Assembly: GCA_964573135.1 (NCBI GenBank)
Contig: CAZNIO010000002.1
Span: forward strand, 2,535 to 66,534
Direction: 5' to 3'
Length of the DNA: 64,000 nt
Source: an uncultured Gammaproteobacteria bacterium
GTDB lineage: Bacteria; Patescibacteriota; Patescibacteriia; UBA2196; GWA2-42-15
The notes beneath the pieces were generated by a model. That model worked only from the letters and a program-made list of their open reading frames with translations, did not search any database and was not told the origin of the DNA. This document shows positions 50,640 to 61,366 of this stretch, in pieces. Both the position numbers and the translations under genes were made by a program. Position 1 is the stretch's first letter. Each line of letters starts with the position of its first letter.

Positions 50640-52154
50640 TTATCTGGCATATTCCTCAATTCTTGATTCACGTATAACTGTCACCTTAATCTCTCCTGGA
50701 TATTTCAACTCTTCTTCAATCCTATTAGCAATCTCTCTTGCCATTTTCTTGCAACCCCAATCGTCTACAATCTTTGGCTGCACAAATACACGCAACTCTC
50801 TGCCAGCTTGAATAGCATAAGTTTTTTCAACCCCTTCAACATTCTTAGCCGTTGCTTCTAGATCCTCTAATCTCTGAACATACTGCTCATAAGTGTCTTT
50901 TCTAGCGCCAGGCCTAGCACCTGAAATTGCATCAGCAGTTTTAGCTATTACACCTTCCAGACTTTCAGGATGATCCATGTGGTGTTCCAATGAAATCCTG
51001 GCAATCTCCTCTGGCAAACCAAACTTCTTCATAATATCATAACCAATCTTAGGATGCCCACCTTTCACCTCATGATCAACTGCCTTACCTATATCATGCA
51101 ACAATCCTCCTTTTTTAGCCACCATAACATCAGCCCCCAGCTCCTCTGCCAACAATCCAGATAACATTGATACCTCGATTGAATGCTGTAATACATTATG
51201 ACCATAACTTGTCCTAAATTTAAGTCTACCCAAAATCTGAGTTAATTTAGGATCAAGACCGCCAACTCCTACAGTATACATAGCGTCCTCTCCTGCTTTT
51301 TTAATTTCAAGCGCCAACTGCTTTTTAGCTTCTTCAATAGCTTCTTCAATTCTACCAGGATGAATCCTTCCATCAGCCATTAATTTTTCTAAAGCCACTC
51401 TAGCGACTTGTCTCCTAATAGGAGAAAAACCAGAAATCCAAATAGTCCCCGGTGTTTCATCTATTATAAGCTCAGTACCAGTTAACTGTTCAATCGTTTT
51501 AATATTTCTTCCCTCTTTACCAATAATTCTACCCTTCATTTCATCATCTCGTAAAATTACTGTAGTGGTGGTTGTATCAACTGAATGATTTGTAGCACAT
51601 CTCTCAATCACTCGCGATAACGCTTCCTTTGACTTTTCTTCCAATTCCTCTGTGTTCTCTTTTTCTATTTTGCGCACTCTGCTATATAACTCTTCTTTTA
51701 CCTCCGATTCCACATTATTCATCAAAGCCTCCTTGGCTTGATCTTGTGTTAAGTTAGAAATTTTTTCTAACTTTTCCATACCCTTCTCCTTGATCTTAAG
51801 TAATGAATCGCGAAGATCATCAACCCCCTTTTCCTTGTCTGTAAGCTTTTGTTGCTTCTCTTCAAACTCAAGAATCTTTTTATCGAACATGCTTTCCCTT
51901 TTCTCAATCCTTCTTTGAATACTAGTTAATTCCCCCCTTCTTTCATCCTCGTCTTTCTTAGCTTTTTCAGTCACTTCCAGAGCCTTATTTTTGGCATCAA
52001 TCACAATCTCTTTTTGCTTGTCTTTGGCTGCACTTAAAATTTTCTCAGCCTTAGCCTCTGCGTTTTCTGCTTCACGCCGTGCCAAAGTACGACGAAAATA
52101 GTATCCGGCAACAATACCGATACCAAATACAATTAAAAATATAAAAATTTCCAT
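50640..52154 (-). CDS. rny: Ribonuclease Y
   Basis: N-terminal TM, coiled coil, KH domain (GRIIGKEGRNIKTIE), HD domain (GLLHDIGKAVDHE). Confidence 0.9.
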   Translation of the reverse strand: MEIFIFLIVFGIGIVAGYYFRRTLARREAENAEAKAEKILSAAKDKQKEIVIDAKNKALEVTEKAKKDEDERRGELTSIQRRIEKRESMFDKKILEFEEKQQKLTDKEKGVDDLRDSLLKIKEKGMEKLEKISNLTQDQAKEALMNNVESEVKEELYSRVRKIEKENTEELEEKSKEALSRVIERCATNHSVDTTTTTVILRDDEMKGRIIGKEGRNIKTIEQLTGTELIIDETPGTIWISGFSPIRRQVARVALEKLMADGRIHPGRIEEAIEEAKKQLALEIKKAGEDAMYTVGVGGLDPKLTQILGRLKFRTSYGHNVLQHSIEVSMLSGLLAEELGADVMVAKKGGLLHDIGKAVDHEVKGGHPKIGYDIMKKFGLPEEIARISLEHHMDHPESLEGVIAKTADAISGARPGARKDTYEQYVQRLEDLEATAKNVEGVEKTYAIQAGRELRVFVQPKIVDDWGCKKMAREIANRIEEELKYPGEIKVTVIRESRIEEYAR

Positions 52155-52514
52155 ACACGCCTTATCTTTTCGAAGATAGAGAAAAGAGACTGCCTAACAC
52201 CTAAGTTGGCAGTAAATTAGTAACAGCAAGAAAATCCTTACTATTATCAAGAGTTGTTACCTTGTTTAAAGTAAACAAGCACAATTTTGAATCAATATGA
52301 ATTAAAAAATTCATTAAGTTATTTTGAAATATTACCAATCAATTTCTTATTTATCCTGACTGTCTAATTACTAATTTCTCTTATCTCGAAATTATTTAAA
52401 TAAGTTAAAAATTTAAAAAATCGACTAATTCTATTCTACCACAAACAAATACTTGTGGCAAGCCTTGATTTATTTCAAACAATATGATAGTATTGGAATA
52501 ATCGTAATAATTAA

Positions 52515-52558
52515 CGATATTCTTGGCTTTCGGCGCATGCCAATGACTCGGAATATCG
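52515..52558 (+). promoter_or_regulatory. Nested stem-loop in the rpsO leader (CGATATTC-[TTGGC...GCCAA]-GAATATCG), a candidate S15 autoregulatory element
   Basis: An inverted repeat 52515..52522 / 52551..52558 encloses a second hairpin at 52523..52543, ending 14 nt before the rpsO start. Confidence 0.35.
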
Positions 52559-52571
52559 CAACAAGGAATAT

Positions 52572-52928
52572 ATGATAGATAAAAAGAAAAAACAAGCCGT
52601 TATCAACAAATATAAGACACATGACGGCGACACTGGCTCAACGCAAGTCCAAATAGCTATCCTCACCGAGGAAATCAAGGAGTTAACAGAACATCTAAAG
52701 AAGCACAAAAAAGATTTCTCTTCTCGCCGTGGATTATTGCGCAAAGTTAACCTACGCAGAAAACTCTTAAAATATTTAGAAAAAGAAGAACTAAGCGCCT
52801 ATGAGGACTTAATGGGAAAACTCAAAATTAAGAAAAAATCTTTTATCAAAAGGGTTGAAATCGATGATGAAAGGTATGTTCCACAAGACCAGAAAAAAAA
52901 CGAGAAGCCAAAAGATACTTCCAAATAA
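52572..52928 (+). CDS. rpsO: 30S ribosomal protein S15 with Lys-rich C-terminal extension
   Basis: HDGDTGSTQVQIAILTEEIKELTEHLKKHKKDFSSRRGLLRKVNLRRKLLKYL. Confidence 0.9.
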   Translation: MIDKKKKQAVINKYKTHDGDTGSTQVQIAILTEEIKELTEHLKKHKKDFSSRRGLLRKVNLRRKLLKYLEKEELSAYEDLMGKLKIKKKSFIKRVEIDDERYVPQDQKKNEKPKDTSK

Positions 52929-52933
52929 TTAAC

Positions 52934-52959
52934 AAACCCCCATTTGAAATGGGGGCTTT
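52934..52959 (+). terminator. Hairpin between rpsO and pnp (terminator/processing stem)
   Basis: AAACCCCCATTTGAAATGGGGGCTTT. Confidence 0.4.
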
Positions 52960-53053
52960 GTAAACTTAATAATTAATTTGACCCTCAAACACACAGGCAT
53001 CTTCGTGAATAAATTCGCGACCTGCAGTTTGATGGTCAAAAAAGGTTAAACAA

Positions 53054-55297
53054 ATGACCACAAATACTCAGAAGTTCTCCACCCAAATCGGCGGTAAAGA
53101 ACTTACTATTGAGACTGGCAAACTTGCCAGTCAAGCCAACGGTGCTTGCACCGTCCAATATGGAGACACCGTAGTGCTTGCTACGGCTTGTTTAAGTTCT
53201 TCCATTAGAGAAGGTATTGACTATTTCCCTCTAATGGTTGACTTTGACGAAAAACTTTATGCTGCTGGAAAAATTAAGGGCTCTCGTTTTATAAAACGAG
53301 AAGGTCGTCCAGCAGACGAGGCCATTCTTTCCGGCCGTATTATCGACCGCTCAATTAGGCCTCTTTTTCCGCCAAGCATTAAAAATGATGTACAGGTTGT
53401 CAGCTCTGTGCTTTCTTTTGATAACGAAAACGATGCTGATGTTATTGGCCTTATCGCTGCTTCATGCGCTCTCTCTATTTCAGACATTCCTTTTGACGGC
53501 CCTATCGCCGCTGTCAGAGTCGGACAAATTAATGACGAGTGGGTATTAAATCCATCCTATGAAGCCAGACAGAAAAGCAATCTTGATCTTTTTGTGGCAG
53601 CTAATAAAGAAAAGGTCATTATGATCGAAGCTGGTGGTAATGAAGTCGATGAACAAACTATTTTTGACGCCATTAAATTTGGTCAAAAACATATTAATAA
53701 AATAATTACTCTCATCGAGGAAGTAATTACCAAAGCAGCCAAGGAAAAAATATCAGTTAATCCAGAATTAACCGAGGAAGAAAAAACTACTCAAGAAAAA
53801 GTTCACTCCAAAGTTAATCAATTCATGACTGAGGAAAAAATTACCAATATTTTTAACTACCAACACAAAGAAGAATTCAAAAAAAATATTGAAAAAGCCA
53901 AAGAAGAATTAGACGCCATGCTTAAAGAAGATAATGAAATATCAAAAGAAGAGCGCAAGCAAGGAATCTCTTTAGCTGATGATTTTATTGATAAAAAAAT
54001 GAGACAAATTATTCTTGAAAAAGAAGAGCGTCCTGACAAAAGAGGATTGGATGATGTGCGCGCCCTAAGTGCGGAAATAGGAGTATTACCCAGAACTCAT
54101 GGCACTGGTCTCTTTAAAAGAGGTGAAACACAGGTTCTTTCAGTCGTTACTCTGGGTGCACCTTCTGATGAACAAACTCTTGATACCATGGAAGAATCCG
54201 GTAAAAAAAGATATATGCACCACTATAACTTCCCTGCCTTCTCTGTCGGCGAAACAGCTCCCATGAGAGGTCCTGGCCGTCGTGATATTGGTCACGGAGC
54301 ATTAGCTGAAAAAGCTCTTATGCCAGTACTACCAAGTAAAGAAGACTTCCCATATACCATTCGCGTAGTTTCAGAGGTTCTCTCTTCTAACGGCTCTTCT
54401 TCCCAAGCTTCGGCCTGTGGGTCATCTTTGTCCCTAATGGACGCTGGTGTGCCCATTAAGCGCGCTGTAGCAGGTATTGCCATGGGCCTTATCGTTGATG
54501 ACAACAATCCAGACAACTATAAAATATTAACTGACATCCAAGGACTAGAAGATCACTCCGGCGACATGGATTTTAAAGTGGCTGGTACCAGCCAGGGCAT
54601 AACCGCTATTCAAATGGATACTAAGACCAAAGGATTAAATGACAACGTAATCAAAGACGCTTTAGCTAAGGCTAAACAAGCCAGACTAAAAATCCTTGAA
54701 GTCATGAATGCTACCATCAAAGAACCTAATAAGGAAATGTCTCCTTATGCTCCACGCATTACCTCAATAAAAATCAACCCAGATAAAATTAGAGATGTCA
54801 TTGGCCCTGGTGGTAAAATGATTAATAAAATAATAGATGAAACTGGCGTGGCTATAGACATAGAAGACGATGGCACAGTAATGATAACTGCTGGTCCAGG
54901 TAGTGATTCCAAAAAAGCCCAAGAGTGGATCGAGATGCTCACCGCTGAAGCAGAGGTTGGCAAAACATATAAAGGTAAAGTTACCCGTATGTTTGAATTT
55001 GGCGCTATGGTAGAATTTCTACCTAAACAAGAAGGTTTAGTCCATGTATCTGAAATGGCACCTTTCCGAGTTAATACTCCAGAAGATATTGTTAAAATAG
55101 GGGACGAAGTTCCAGTCAAGGTGGTTGGCGTTGATGAACAAGATAGAGTAAACCTTTCCCTTAAACAAACCGACTTTGACTTTTCAAATTTTAAACCACC
55201 CGTTATGCAACCATCAAAACCTTTTGGCAGTAGAGGTGGTGGAAATAACGGAAAATTTAACTCAAGAAACAGTAATCCCAGAAAACCCAGATTCTAA
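53054..55297 (+). CDS. pnp: Polynucleotide phosphorylase
   Basis: Two RNase PH domains, KH (IRDVIGPGGKMINKII) and S1 (GKVTRMFEFGAMVEF) domains. 747 aa. Confidence 0.95.
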   Translation: MTTNTQKFSTQIGGKELTIETGKLASQANGACTVQYGDTVVLATACLSSSIREGIDYFPLMVDFDEKLYAAGKIKGSRFIKREGRPADEAILSGRIIDRSIRPLFPPSIKNDVQVVSSVLSFDNENDADVIGLIAASCALSISDIPFDGPIAAVRVGQINDEWVLNPSYEARQKSNLDLFVAANKEKVIMIEAGGNEVDEQTIFDAIKFGQKHINKIITLIEEVITKAAKEKISVNPELTEEEKTTQEKVHSKVNQFMTEEKITNIFNYQHKEEFKKNIEKAKEELDAMLKEDNEISKEERKQGISLADDFIDKKMRQIILEKEERPDKRGLDDVRALSAEIGVLPRTHGTGLFKRGETQVLSVVTLGAPSDEQTLDTMEESGKKRYMHHYNFPAFSVGETAPMRGPGRRDIGHGALAEKALMPVLPSKEDFPYTIRVVSEVLSSNGSSSQASACGSSLSLMDAGVPIKRAVAGIAMGLIVDDNNPDNYKILTDIQGLEDHSGDMDFKVAGTSQGITAIQMDTKTKGLNDNVIKDALAKAKQARLKILEVMNATIKEPNKEMSPYAPRITSIKINPDKIRDVIGPGGKMINKIIDETGVAIDIEDDGTVMITAGPGSDSKKAQEWIEMLTAEAEVGKTYKGKVTRMFEFGAMVEFLPKQEGLVHVSEMAPFRVNTPEDIVKIGDEVPVKVVGVDEQDRVNLSLKQTDFDFSNFKPPVMQPSKPFGSRGGGNNGKFNSRNSNPRKPRF

Positions 55298-55324
55298 TTA
55301 ACCAACGAAAAACAGCCCAAGTAA

Positions 55325-56011
55325 TTAACCTGAGCTGTTTTTTAATTCTTTTAGTCTCAGAATTCTAGCGACAATATATTCTGCCGCCTCCCTTTTATCT
55401 GGAATCGAAACAATAAAAGGCTTACCAATAATTATATCTATTTTCTTAAATGGATTAAATAGATATTTAAGAAAATTAACCATCCCGTTCTGTACTGATG
55501 ATTTCACCAATACGGGGATAATCGGTTTCTGAGTTTCAAGGGCAAGACGTGCTGCACCTGTCCCAAGAGATCCACTCTTAAAATTCTTTAAAAAACTGGT
55601 CATATAAAGAACCACTGGATAACCCTCATCTAAATATTTCACAGCCTCCTTATACCAACGCCATTTTTCATTTTTCTCTCTTATTAAAAAATTAAATTTT
55701 TTAATAAATTGATTACCACACAAAAAATCAACAACTGTGGGTAGCCAATAAATTATTAAAAAATAAAATCCTCGGGTACCAAGACCCCTCCTAAGTATGT
55801 TAAAAACCAACATAGTTTCCATAACATCGCTATGAGGGTGAATTGCATAAACATATCCGCCTCTCTTTATATTCTTCGTCCCTATAACTCGTACTTTAAG
55901 AAAAAAAATAACCTCAATTAGATTCAATAAAAAATCCCCATTCACTCTTCCAGCTATTTTTTTAATTTTTCTTAAAATTTTTTTTGCCTTTTCCAATGGG
56001 TCTCTTTTCAT
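55325..56011 (-). CDS. Lysophospholipid acyltransferase (PlsC-like) family protein
   Basis: HxxxxD-like acyltransferase motif (IHPHSDVMET) and overall family length. Weak. Confidence 0.45.
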   Translation of the reverse strand: MKRDPLEKAKKILRKIKKIAGRVNGDFLLNLIEVIFFLKVRVIGTKNIKRGGYVYAIHPHSDVMETMLVFNILRRGLGTRGFYFLIIYWLPTVVDFLCGNQFIKKFNFLIREKNEKWRWYKEAVKYLDEGYPVVLYMTSFLKNFKSGSLGTGAARLALETQKPIIPVLVKSSVQNGMVNFLKYLFNPFKKIDIIIGKPFIVSIPDKREAAEYIVARILRLKELKNSSG

Positions 56012-56065
56012 CTTCTCTCCCTCTCTATTTTTTGTTTTATTTAATTATTTTGTTAATATATAGAT

Positions 56066-57592
56066 ATGTACCGCCAATTATTCATCATCCTATTCCTACT
56101 CATTATTCTCGGGGGCTTAGTTATTTTTATCAAAAATCAATCTATAAATCAACTAACAAATAATATGTCTCCATCACAAGACAACAACCAAATAATCCGT
56201 CAACCTACGGTTGCTGGACAATTCTATCCAGATAACCAAAAAGATCTTAATCAAATGATTGATCAATTTTTTAATAACACATCAAATAAAAAAACGAACA
56301 AACCCCATATACTCATCCTCCCCCACGCTGGTTATGTTTTCTCCGGTCAAACGGCCAGCCATGGTTTTAAAACTCTTCAAAATCATTCATATAACACAGT
56401 TATCATCCTTGGCTCAAGTCACAACCTCCCCATCACCAACCTTGCTCTATACAGTGGAGACATAATTAAAACCCCTCTTGGTAATGTGCCAGTTAATAAA
56501 GAATTAATAAAAAAACTAACACAAAATAATAATATATCAATTAATAACGACCCCCACATAGAAGAACACTCACTTGAGGTCCAGATTCCTTTTCTTCAAA
56601 AAATATTAACCAACGACTGGCAAGTTGTTCTGGGATTAATTAATAACCATGATCCACAAACCCTTGAATCAATATCGCAAACAATTCAACAAAACACAGA
56701 TGACAATACTCTAATTATTGCCAGCTCTGATCTGTCTCATTATCCCACATATAATGACGCTGTTTATAGTGATAATAAAATAATTAAAGCCATTCTAACC
56801 AAAAACGCTTCCCAACTAGAAAATACAACTAAATCAATCATCCAAGAAAACCTTCCTGGCCTTGATACCTGTGCTTGCGGAGCAAGTGCCATTAAAATAG
56901 CCATGCATTTAGCTAATAATTTAAACTTAACCGGCCAACTATTAGACTCTACAAACTCAGGTGACACCCAATTTGGCGATAAAGACAAAGTGGTTGGCTA
57001 CGCCTCTATTCTCTTTACTAAAAATCAACTAAAATATTTGAATCAACAAGAAAAACAAACAGCTCTTCAACTCGCACGTAATACTTTAGAGCAAGAATTT
57101 AAATTAACTCAAAAAAAATTTAAAGAATATAATAACTACCCTATCTTTTCTGAAAAACGAGGGGTCTTTGTTACTCTAAACATCAACCATCAACTACGTG
57201 GTTGTATTGGACTCATAGAATCGGTCCAAGCGCTCGGTCCAGGCATCATCGAAATAACTAAATCCGCTGCTTTCAATGACCCTCGCTTTCAACCACTCTC
57301 ACAAAAAGAGCTTGAAGATGTAGTCATTGAAATTTCTGTTTTAACCCCTCCCCAACCAATAAACAATATTTCTAAAATAGAGCTGGGCAAACACGGGGTA
57401 ATTATTAAAAAAGGATTAAGCTCTGGAGTTTTTCTACCCCAAGTGGCCACAGACACCAACTGGAGCTTAGAAGAATTTTTAAACCACCTTTGCCAAGATA
57501 AAACAGGCCTTCCCTCTAACTGTTACCAAGACCCAGACGTTAAAATCTATACCTTTGAGGCTCAGGTTTTTGAAGAAAAAACCAACCACTAA
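56066..57592 (+). CDS. Fusion of a Memo-like protein (AmmeMemoRadiSam system protein B) with an AMMECR1 domain (system protein A)
   Basis: N-terminal half VAGQFYPDNQKDLNQMID...ILPHAGYVFSGQTASHGF (Memo). C-terminal half with AMMECR1 motifs (GVFVTLNINHQLRGCIGLIE...GVFLPQVA). Confidence 0.75.
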   Translation: MYRQLFIILFLLIILGGLVIFIKNQSINQLTNNMSPSQDNNQIIRQPTVAGQFYPDNQKDLNQMIDQFFNNTSNKKTNKPHILILPHAGYVFSGQTASHGFKTLQNHSYNTVIILGSSHNLPITNLALYSGDIIKTPLGNVPVNKELIKKLTQNNNISINNDPHIEEHSLEVQIPFLQKILTNDWQVVLGLINNHDPQTLESISQTIQQNTDDNTLIIASSDLSHYPTYNDAVYSDNKIIKAILTKNASQLENTTKSIIQENLPGLDTCACGASAIKIAMHLANNLNLTGQLLDSTNSGDTQFGDKDKVVGYASILFTKNQLKYLNQQEKQTALQLARNTLEQEFKLTQKKFKEYNNYPIFSEKRGVFVTLNINHQLRGCIGLIESVQALGPGIIEITKSAAFNDPRFQPLSQKELEDVVIEISVLTPPQPINNISKIELGKHGVIIKKGLSSGVFLPQVATDTNWSLEEFLNHLCQDKTGLPSNCYQDPDVKIYTFEAQVFEEKTNH

Positions 57593-57719
57593 AAAACCAT
57601 TTTATTTGACTTTTGTCTTAATCCATGCTATACTAACACTAGAAGTTAAGGTCTTAGTTCTTCCCATATAAGGGAAGTTTTTTAATACCTTAATATTATT
57701 TTGACCAATACCATTTTAT

Positions 57720-58244
57720 ATGTTTTTTAATGATTCTTTCCTGGAATTAGCCAAAAAAATAATCTTCGTGGTTTGTCTTCTTTTTACTGTGCACATGATA
57801 TGTCCTCAGTTTGTTATAGCCACAGAAAATATAGATATAAATCACGGGCAAGGTCCTGCCGATCTCGCCTTCGTTAATCATCCAGATAATCCAGACCCTC
57901 CCCCGCAAGAACCCCAAATTACCTCCACCCTTCCCCAAAACGAAGACTTGCCATATTACACTATGTATACCACTGCCACGGCATACTCCTCAACAGTAGA
58001 TCAATGTGATGACGATCCATTTACCGCAGCTTGGGGTAAACACGTTTACTGGGGTATGATAGCCTCAAACTATTTCCCCCGTGGAACAAAAATTCAAATA
58101 CCAGAATACTTTGGCAATAAAATGTTTTCCATTGAAGACACTATGAATAAACGATATTACAATCGTATTGATATCTGGATGCCAGACAGGCAGCCCGCCA
58201 AAGAGTGGGGAGTAAAATATGTTCAAATAAGAGTGTTTAAATAA
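57720..58244 (+). CDS. 3D-domain (MltA/RlpA-like double-psi beta-barrel) secreted protein
   Basis: TAYSSTVDQCDDDPFTAAWGK...GMIASNYFPRGTKIQIPEYFGNKMFSIEDT...RIDIWM. Confidence 0.65.
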   Translation: MFFNDSFLELAKKIIFVVCLLFTVHMICPQFVIATENIDINHGQGPADLAFVNHPDNPDPPPQEPQITSTLPQNEDLPYYTMYTTATAYSSTVDQCDDDPFTAAWGKHVYWGMIASNYFPRGTKIQIPEYFGNKMFSIEDTMNKRYYNRIDIWMPDRQPAKEWGVKYVQIRVFK

Positions 58245-58373
58245 TATAATAACCTATGCACTGATAGTTCATTACAATAGAATATAAAAACAAAAACAAA
58301 AAAGCGCTCCCTATGGGGCGGTTTTTTATTACCAAAAAATTATATAAAATTATTTATTCTATATCCTAAAAAA

Positions 58374-59468
58374 TTACTGTCTTATGGGCATTATCAAATA
58401 TAAATAATCATCATCGCCTACTGGACGCATCACTGCGGGTGTATCAGAAGATGTCACTTCTAAATTAATCTTTCTTGTAGTTATATTCTGCAAACCATCA
58501 AGTAAATACTTATAATTAAAAACAATACTATTCTTATCCCCCGAAACCTGGGCTTCCATACTAGACCTACTCTCACCCAAATTAACATTAGCCGAAGACA
58601 CTTCTATCTTCTTGTTAATATTAATTAATATATCATTAATGCCTGCCTTGGAAAACAAGCTGGCCGCCTTAACCACTTTAATAAATTCATTTCTCTCAAT
58701 TTCAGCCTTTGTTTTATATGACTCGGGTATAATCTGTTTATAATCTGGATAATTACCCTCAATCAATCGAGAAATTATAGTCACACTATCCATTTTAAAC
58801 ACCACCTGATTATCACTAAAGAATAATTTAACATCACCACTTTCTTCAAGTATGCGCACCACCTCTTGTAAAGCCCTAAGCGGTATTATTTTAGTACCAC
58901 CATCTTTAAACTGGCTACTTTTTACACTAATACCTTTTTCCGCCAGCCGATAACTATCTGTGGCCACAAATCTCACGTTTTTATCCCCAAAAACAAACAA
59001 AACACCTGATAATTCCGGTCGGGTATCATCATACGAAGCGCTAAAAACCACTGACGACAAGGCCGCTTTAAGTTCAGCACTACCAATTATCACCCCTTCA
59101 CCACCCTCAACATCCGGCACAATTGGGTATTCTTCAGCTGCTTGACCCCGAATAACCGTCTCCTGCTTATCATCCTTAATTATCAAATCATTCTCCTTGG
59201 TCTCTAATTCTAACTTCTTATTATCCAACAAAGATACATATTCATTAAATAACTTAGCAGCTACAGTAATCTCGCCATCCGCCTCTATCTTGCCACGCAC
59301 CACCGCCTTAATACCCGTATCTAAATTAGTACTAATTAAAACCAACCGACCCTCTTTGGCTCGAATTAATATATTGTTCAAAATTGGTAGGCTAACATTT
59401 TTACCCGCAATATTTGAAACGATCCCCAACCCCTTCTTTAAATTCTCTTGTGTACAAATGACTCTCAT
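58374..59468 (-). CDS. dnaN: DNA polymerase III subunit beta (sliding clamp)
   Basis: Three-domain clamp of 364 aa, N-terminus MRVICTQENLKKGLGIVSNIAGKNVSLPILNNILI. Downstream of dnaA. Confidence 0.9.
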   Translation of the reverse strand: MRVICTQENLKKGLGIVSNIAGKNVSLPILNNILIRAKEGRLVLISTNLDTGIKAVVRGKIEADGEITVAAKLFNEYVSLLDNKKLELETKENDLIIKDDKQETVIRGQAAEEYPIVPDVEGGEGVIIGSAELKAALSSVVFSASYDDTRPELSGVLFVFGDKNVRFVATDSYRLAEKGISVKSSQFKDGGTKIIPLRALQEVVRILEESGDVKLFFSDNQVVFKMDSVTIISRLIEGNYPDYKQIIPESYKTKAEIERNEFIKVVKAASLFSKAGINDILININKKIEVSSANVNLGESRSSMEAQVSGDKNSIVFNYKYLLDGLQNITTRKINLEVTSSDTPAVMRPVGDDDYLYLIMPIRQ

Positions 59469-59750
59469 ATATTAATAGTTTCCTTATACTAAATCTAATT
59501 ATAATAATATACACACTGGATAACCTCGACTTTTATACTTTTTCACTTGTTTTAATTAGCTTTTCTATGTGTATAATATACCCTTAACACATTAATATCT
59601 CCACCCACACCTGTTTCTAAAAAAAGAATAACTTTAACACTCCTTAATAAACCCCGGGATAACTCTTTTCTTATTAACTACCTTTCTACACCCTTGTCCC
59701 AAGCAAACACAGAACTAATTAACAACTCTTTAACTACTTGTTAACACTTT

Positions 59751-61124
59751 CTATAGTGTACTATTAAATATCTTCTGTCTCAATAGGGTTATATCCTGTT
59801 TTAATTTCTCATTATCAATAATTCCATTTTTAATTTTAGCATAAGCATGCATTGCTGTGGTATGATCACGCCCGCCCAGCTCATTGCCAATATTTGGAAA
59901 AGAAAATTCAAGCTCTTCTCGTAAAAGGTACATAGTAATTTGTCTTGGATTTACTAATTCTTTTTTACGAGAGGCCCCCACCACGTCATCAATTGCCACT
60001 TCAAAGTATTGAGCCACCGTCGATAAGACTGTTTTTGGAGAAATTGCTCCACGTCTTGGCAGGTTTACTAAACTAGACACAATTCCCTTAATTGACTCCA
60101 TAGTTGGGTCTTGTTTTTGTAAACTATGATGAGCAATAATCCTATTTAATGCTCCCTCAATCTCTCTAATGTTGCTTTGAATAGCCGAAGCTATGAAATT
60201 AACAATTTCATCACTCAGCCCATAGTCCTTTTCCTCTAATTTAGCTTTAATAATAGCCGTTCTTGTCTCTAAATCAGGTTCTCCAACGTCTGCTATCATA
60301 CCGCACTCAAAACGCGACCTCAGGCGATCCTCAAGCGTAGGAATAGCCTTCGGTGGTCTATCAGAGGATATAACAATTTGCTTGTTTTTCTGGAACAATT
60401 CATTAAAAGTATGAAAAAATTGCTCTTGGGTCTGTTCTTTTCCCTCAATAAACTGAATGTCATCCATAATTAATAAATCAACATCCCGATATTTCTCCTG
60501 GAACTCCTTGGTTTTTCCAGTTCTAATTGCATTTACAAAATCATTAGTGAATTTTTCACAAGTTGTATATAGTATTTTGGGATTATCTTTTTTTGACAGC
60601 ATTGCATGCCCCACCGCCTGTAATAAATGAGTTTTACCCAAACCAACCCCGCCATATAGGAATAATGGATTATAAATAACCCCGGGCTTGTCTCCAACCG
60701 CTTGAGCAGCAGCATGTGCTAGTTCATTGTTTTTACCAACAATAAATTTCTCAAAAGTATATTTAGGATTTAATCCAAGTGGATTCGCTGTTTGAACAAA
60801 AACCATTGCCTCATCATCTCTTGCTGTTTCTTCACCAGTAGCTTCCGTTTTTTTGGCTAATATTGGGTCATCTTTCCTTGTCTCTATCTTATATATAACA
60901 TCCTTAATTCTATTCTCTGTAATTTTCTTTAATGTTTTTATAATCAACTCATGATATTTTTTTTCAAACCAAGCTTGAGTAAATAAATTAGGTACACCAA
61001 TAATAATCTGATCATTTTCTTCAGCCACAATAAAAGTATATTGAAACCATGTTACAAAGCTGGCCTTAGATAAAGACAACTCTAGCTCACCTAATACTGC
61101 CTGCCATAGTTCATCCTTGGTCAT
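59751..61124 (-). CDS. dnaA: Chromosomal replication initiator DnaA
   Basis: AAA+ Walker A LFLYGGVGLGKTHLLQAVGH, Walker B DLLIMDDIQF, C-terminal DNA-binding domain (LGGRDHTTAMHA). Confidence 0.95.
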   Translation of the reverse strand: MTKDELWQAVLGELELSLSKASFVTWFQYTFIVAEENDQIIIGVPNLFTQAWFEKKYHELIIKTLKKITENRIKDVIYKIETRKDDPILAKKTEATGEETARDDEAMVFVQTANPLGLNPKYTFEKFIVGKNNELAHAAAQAVGDKPGVIYNPLFLYGGVGLGKTHLLQAVGHAMLSKKDNPKILYTTCEKFTNDFVNAIRTGKTKEFQEKYRDVDLLIMDDIQFIEGKEQTQEQFFHTFNELFQKNKQIVISSDRPPKAIPTLEDRLRSRFECGMIADVGEPDLETRTAIIKAKLEEKDYGLSDEIVNFIASAIQSNIREIEGALNRIIAHHSLQKQDPTMESIKGIVSSLVNLPRRGAISPKTVLSTVAQYFEVAIDDVVGASRKKELVNPRQITMYLLREELEFSFPNIGNELGGRDHTTAMHAYAKIKNGIIDNEKLKQDITLLRQKIFNSTL

Positions 61125-61366
61125 AAAAATTACATATTTAAATCAAATAATCTAAGTCTAAATATATCATACAAAGACAAGATACACAACAAAACCCAAT
61201 AAAAATTGGGTTAAATTGAAAATTAATAAAAGAATGTGTATAACTAGTGGATATTTACGTGTATATGTTGATAATAAATTAACTAACCTTAAGGACCATC
61301 CCTTGTTTTATACGTATTTTTATGCTATTTTAAAATTAATCTAATTTAATATTAATTTTTAAATAC

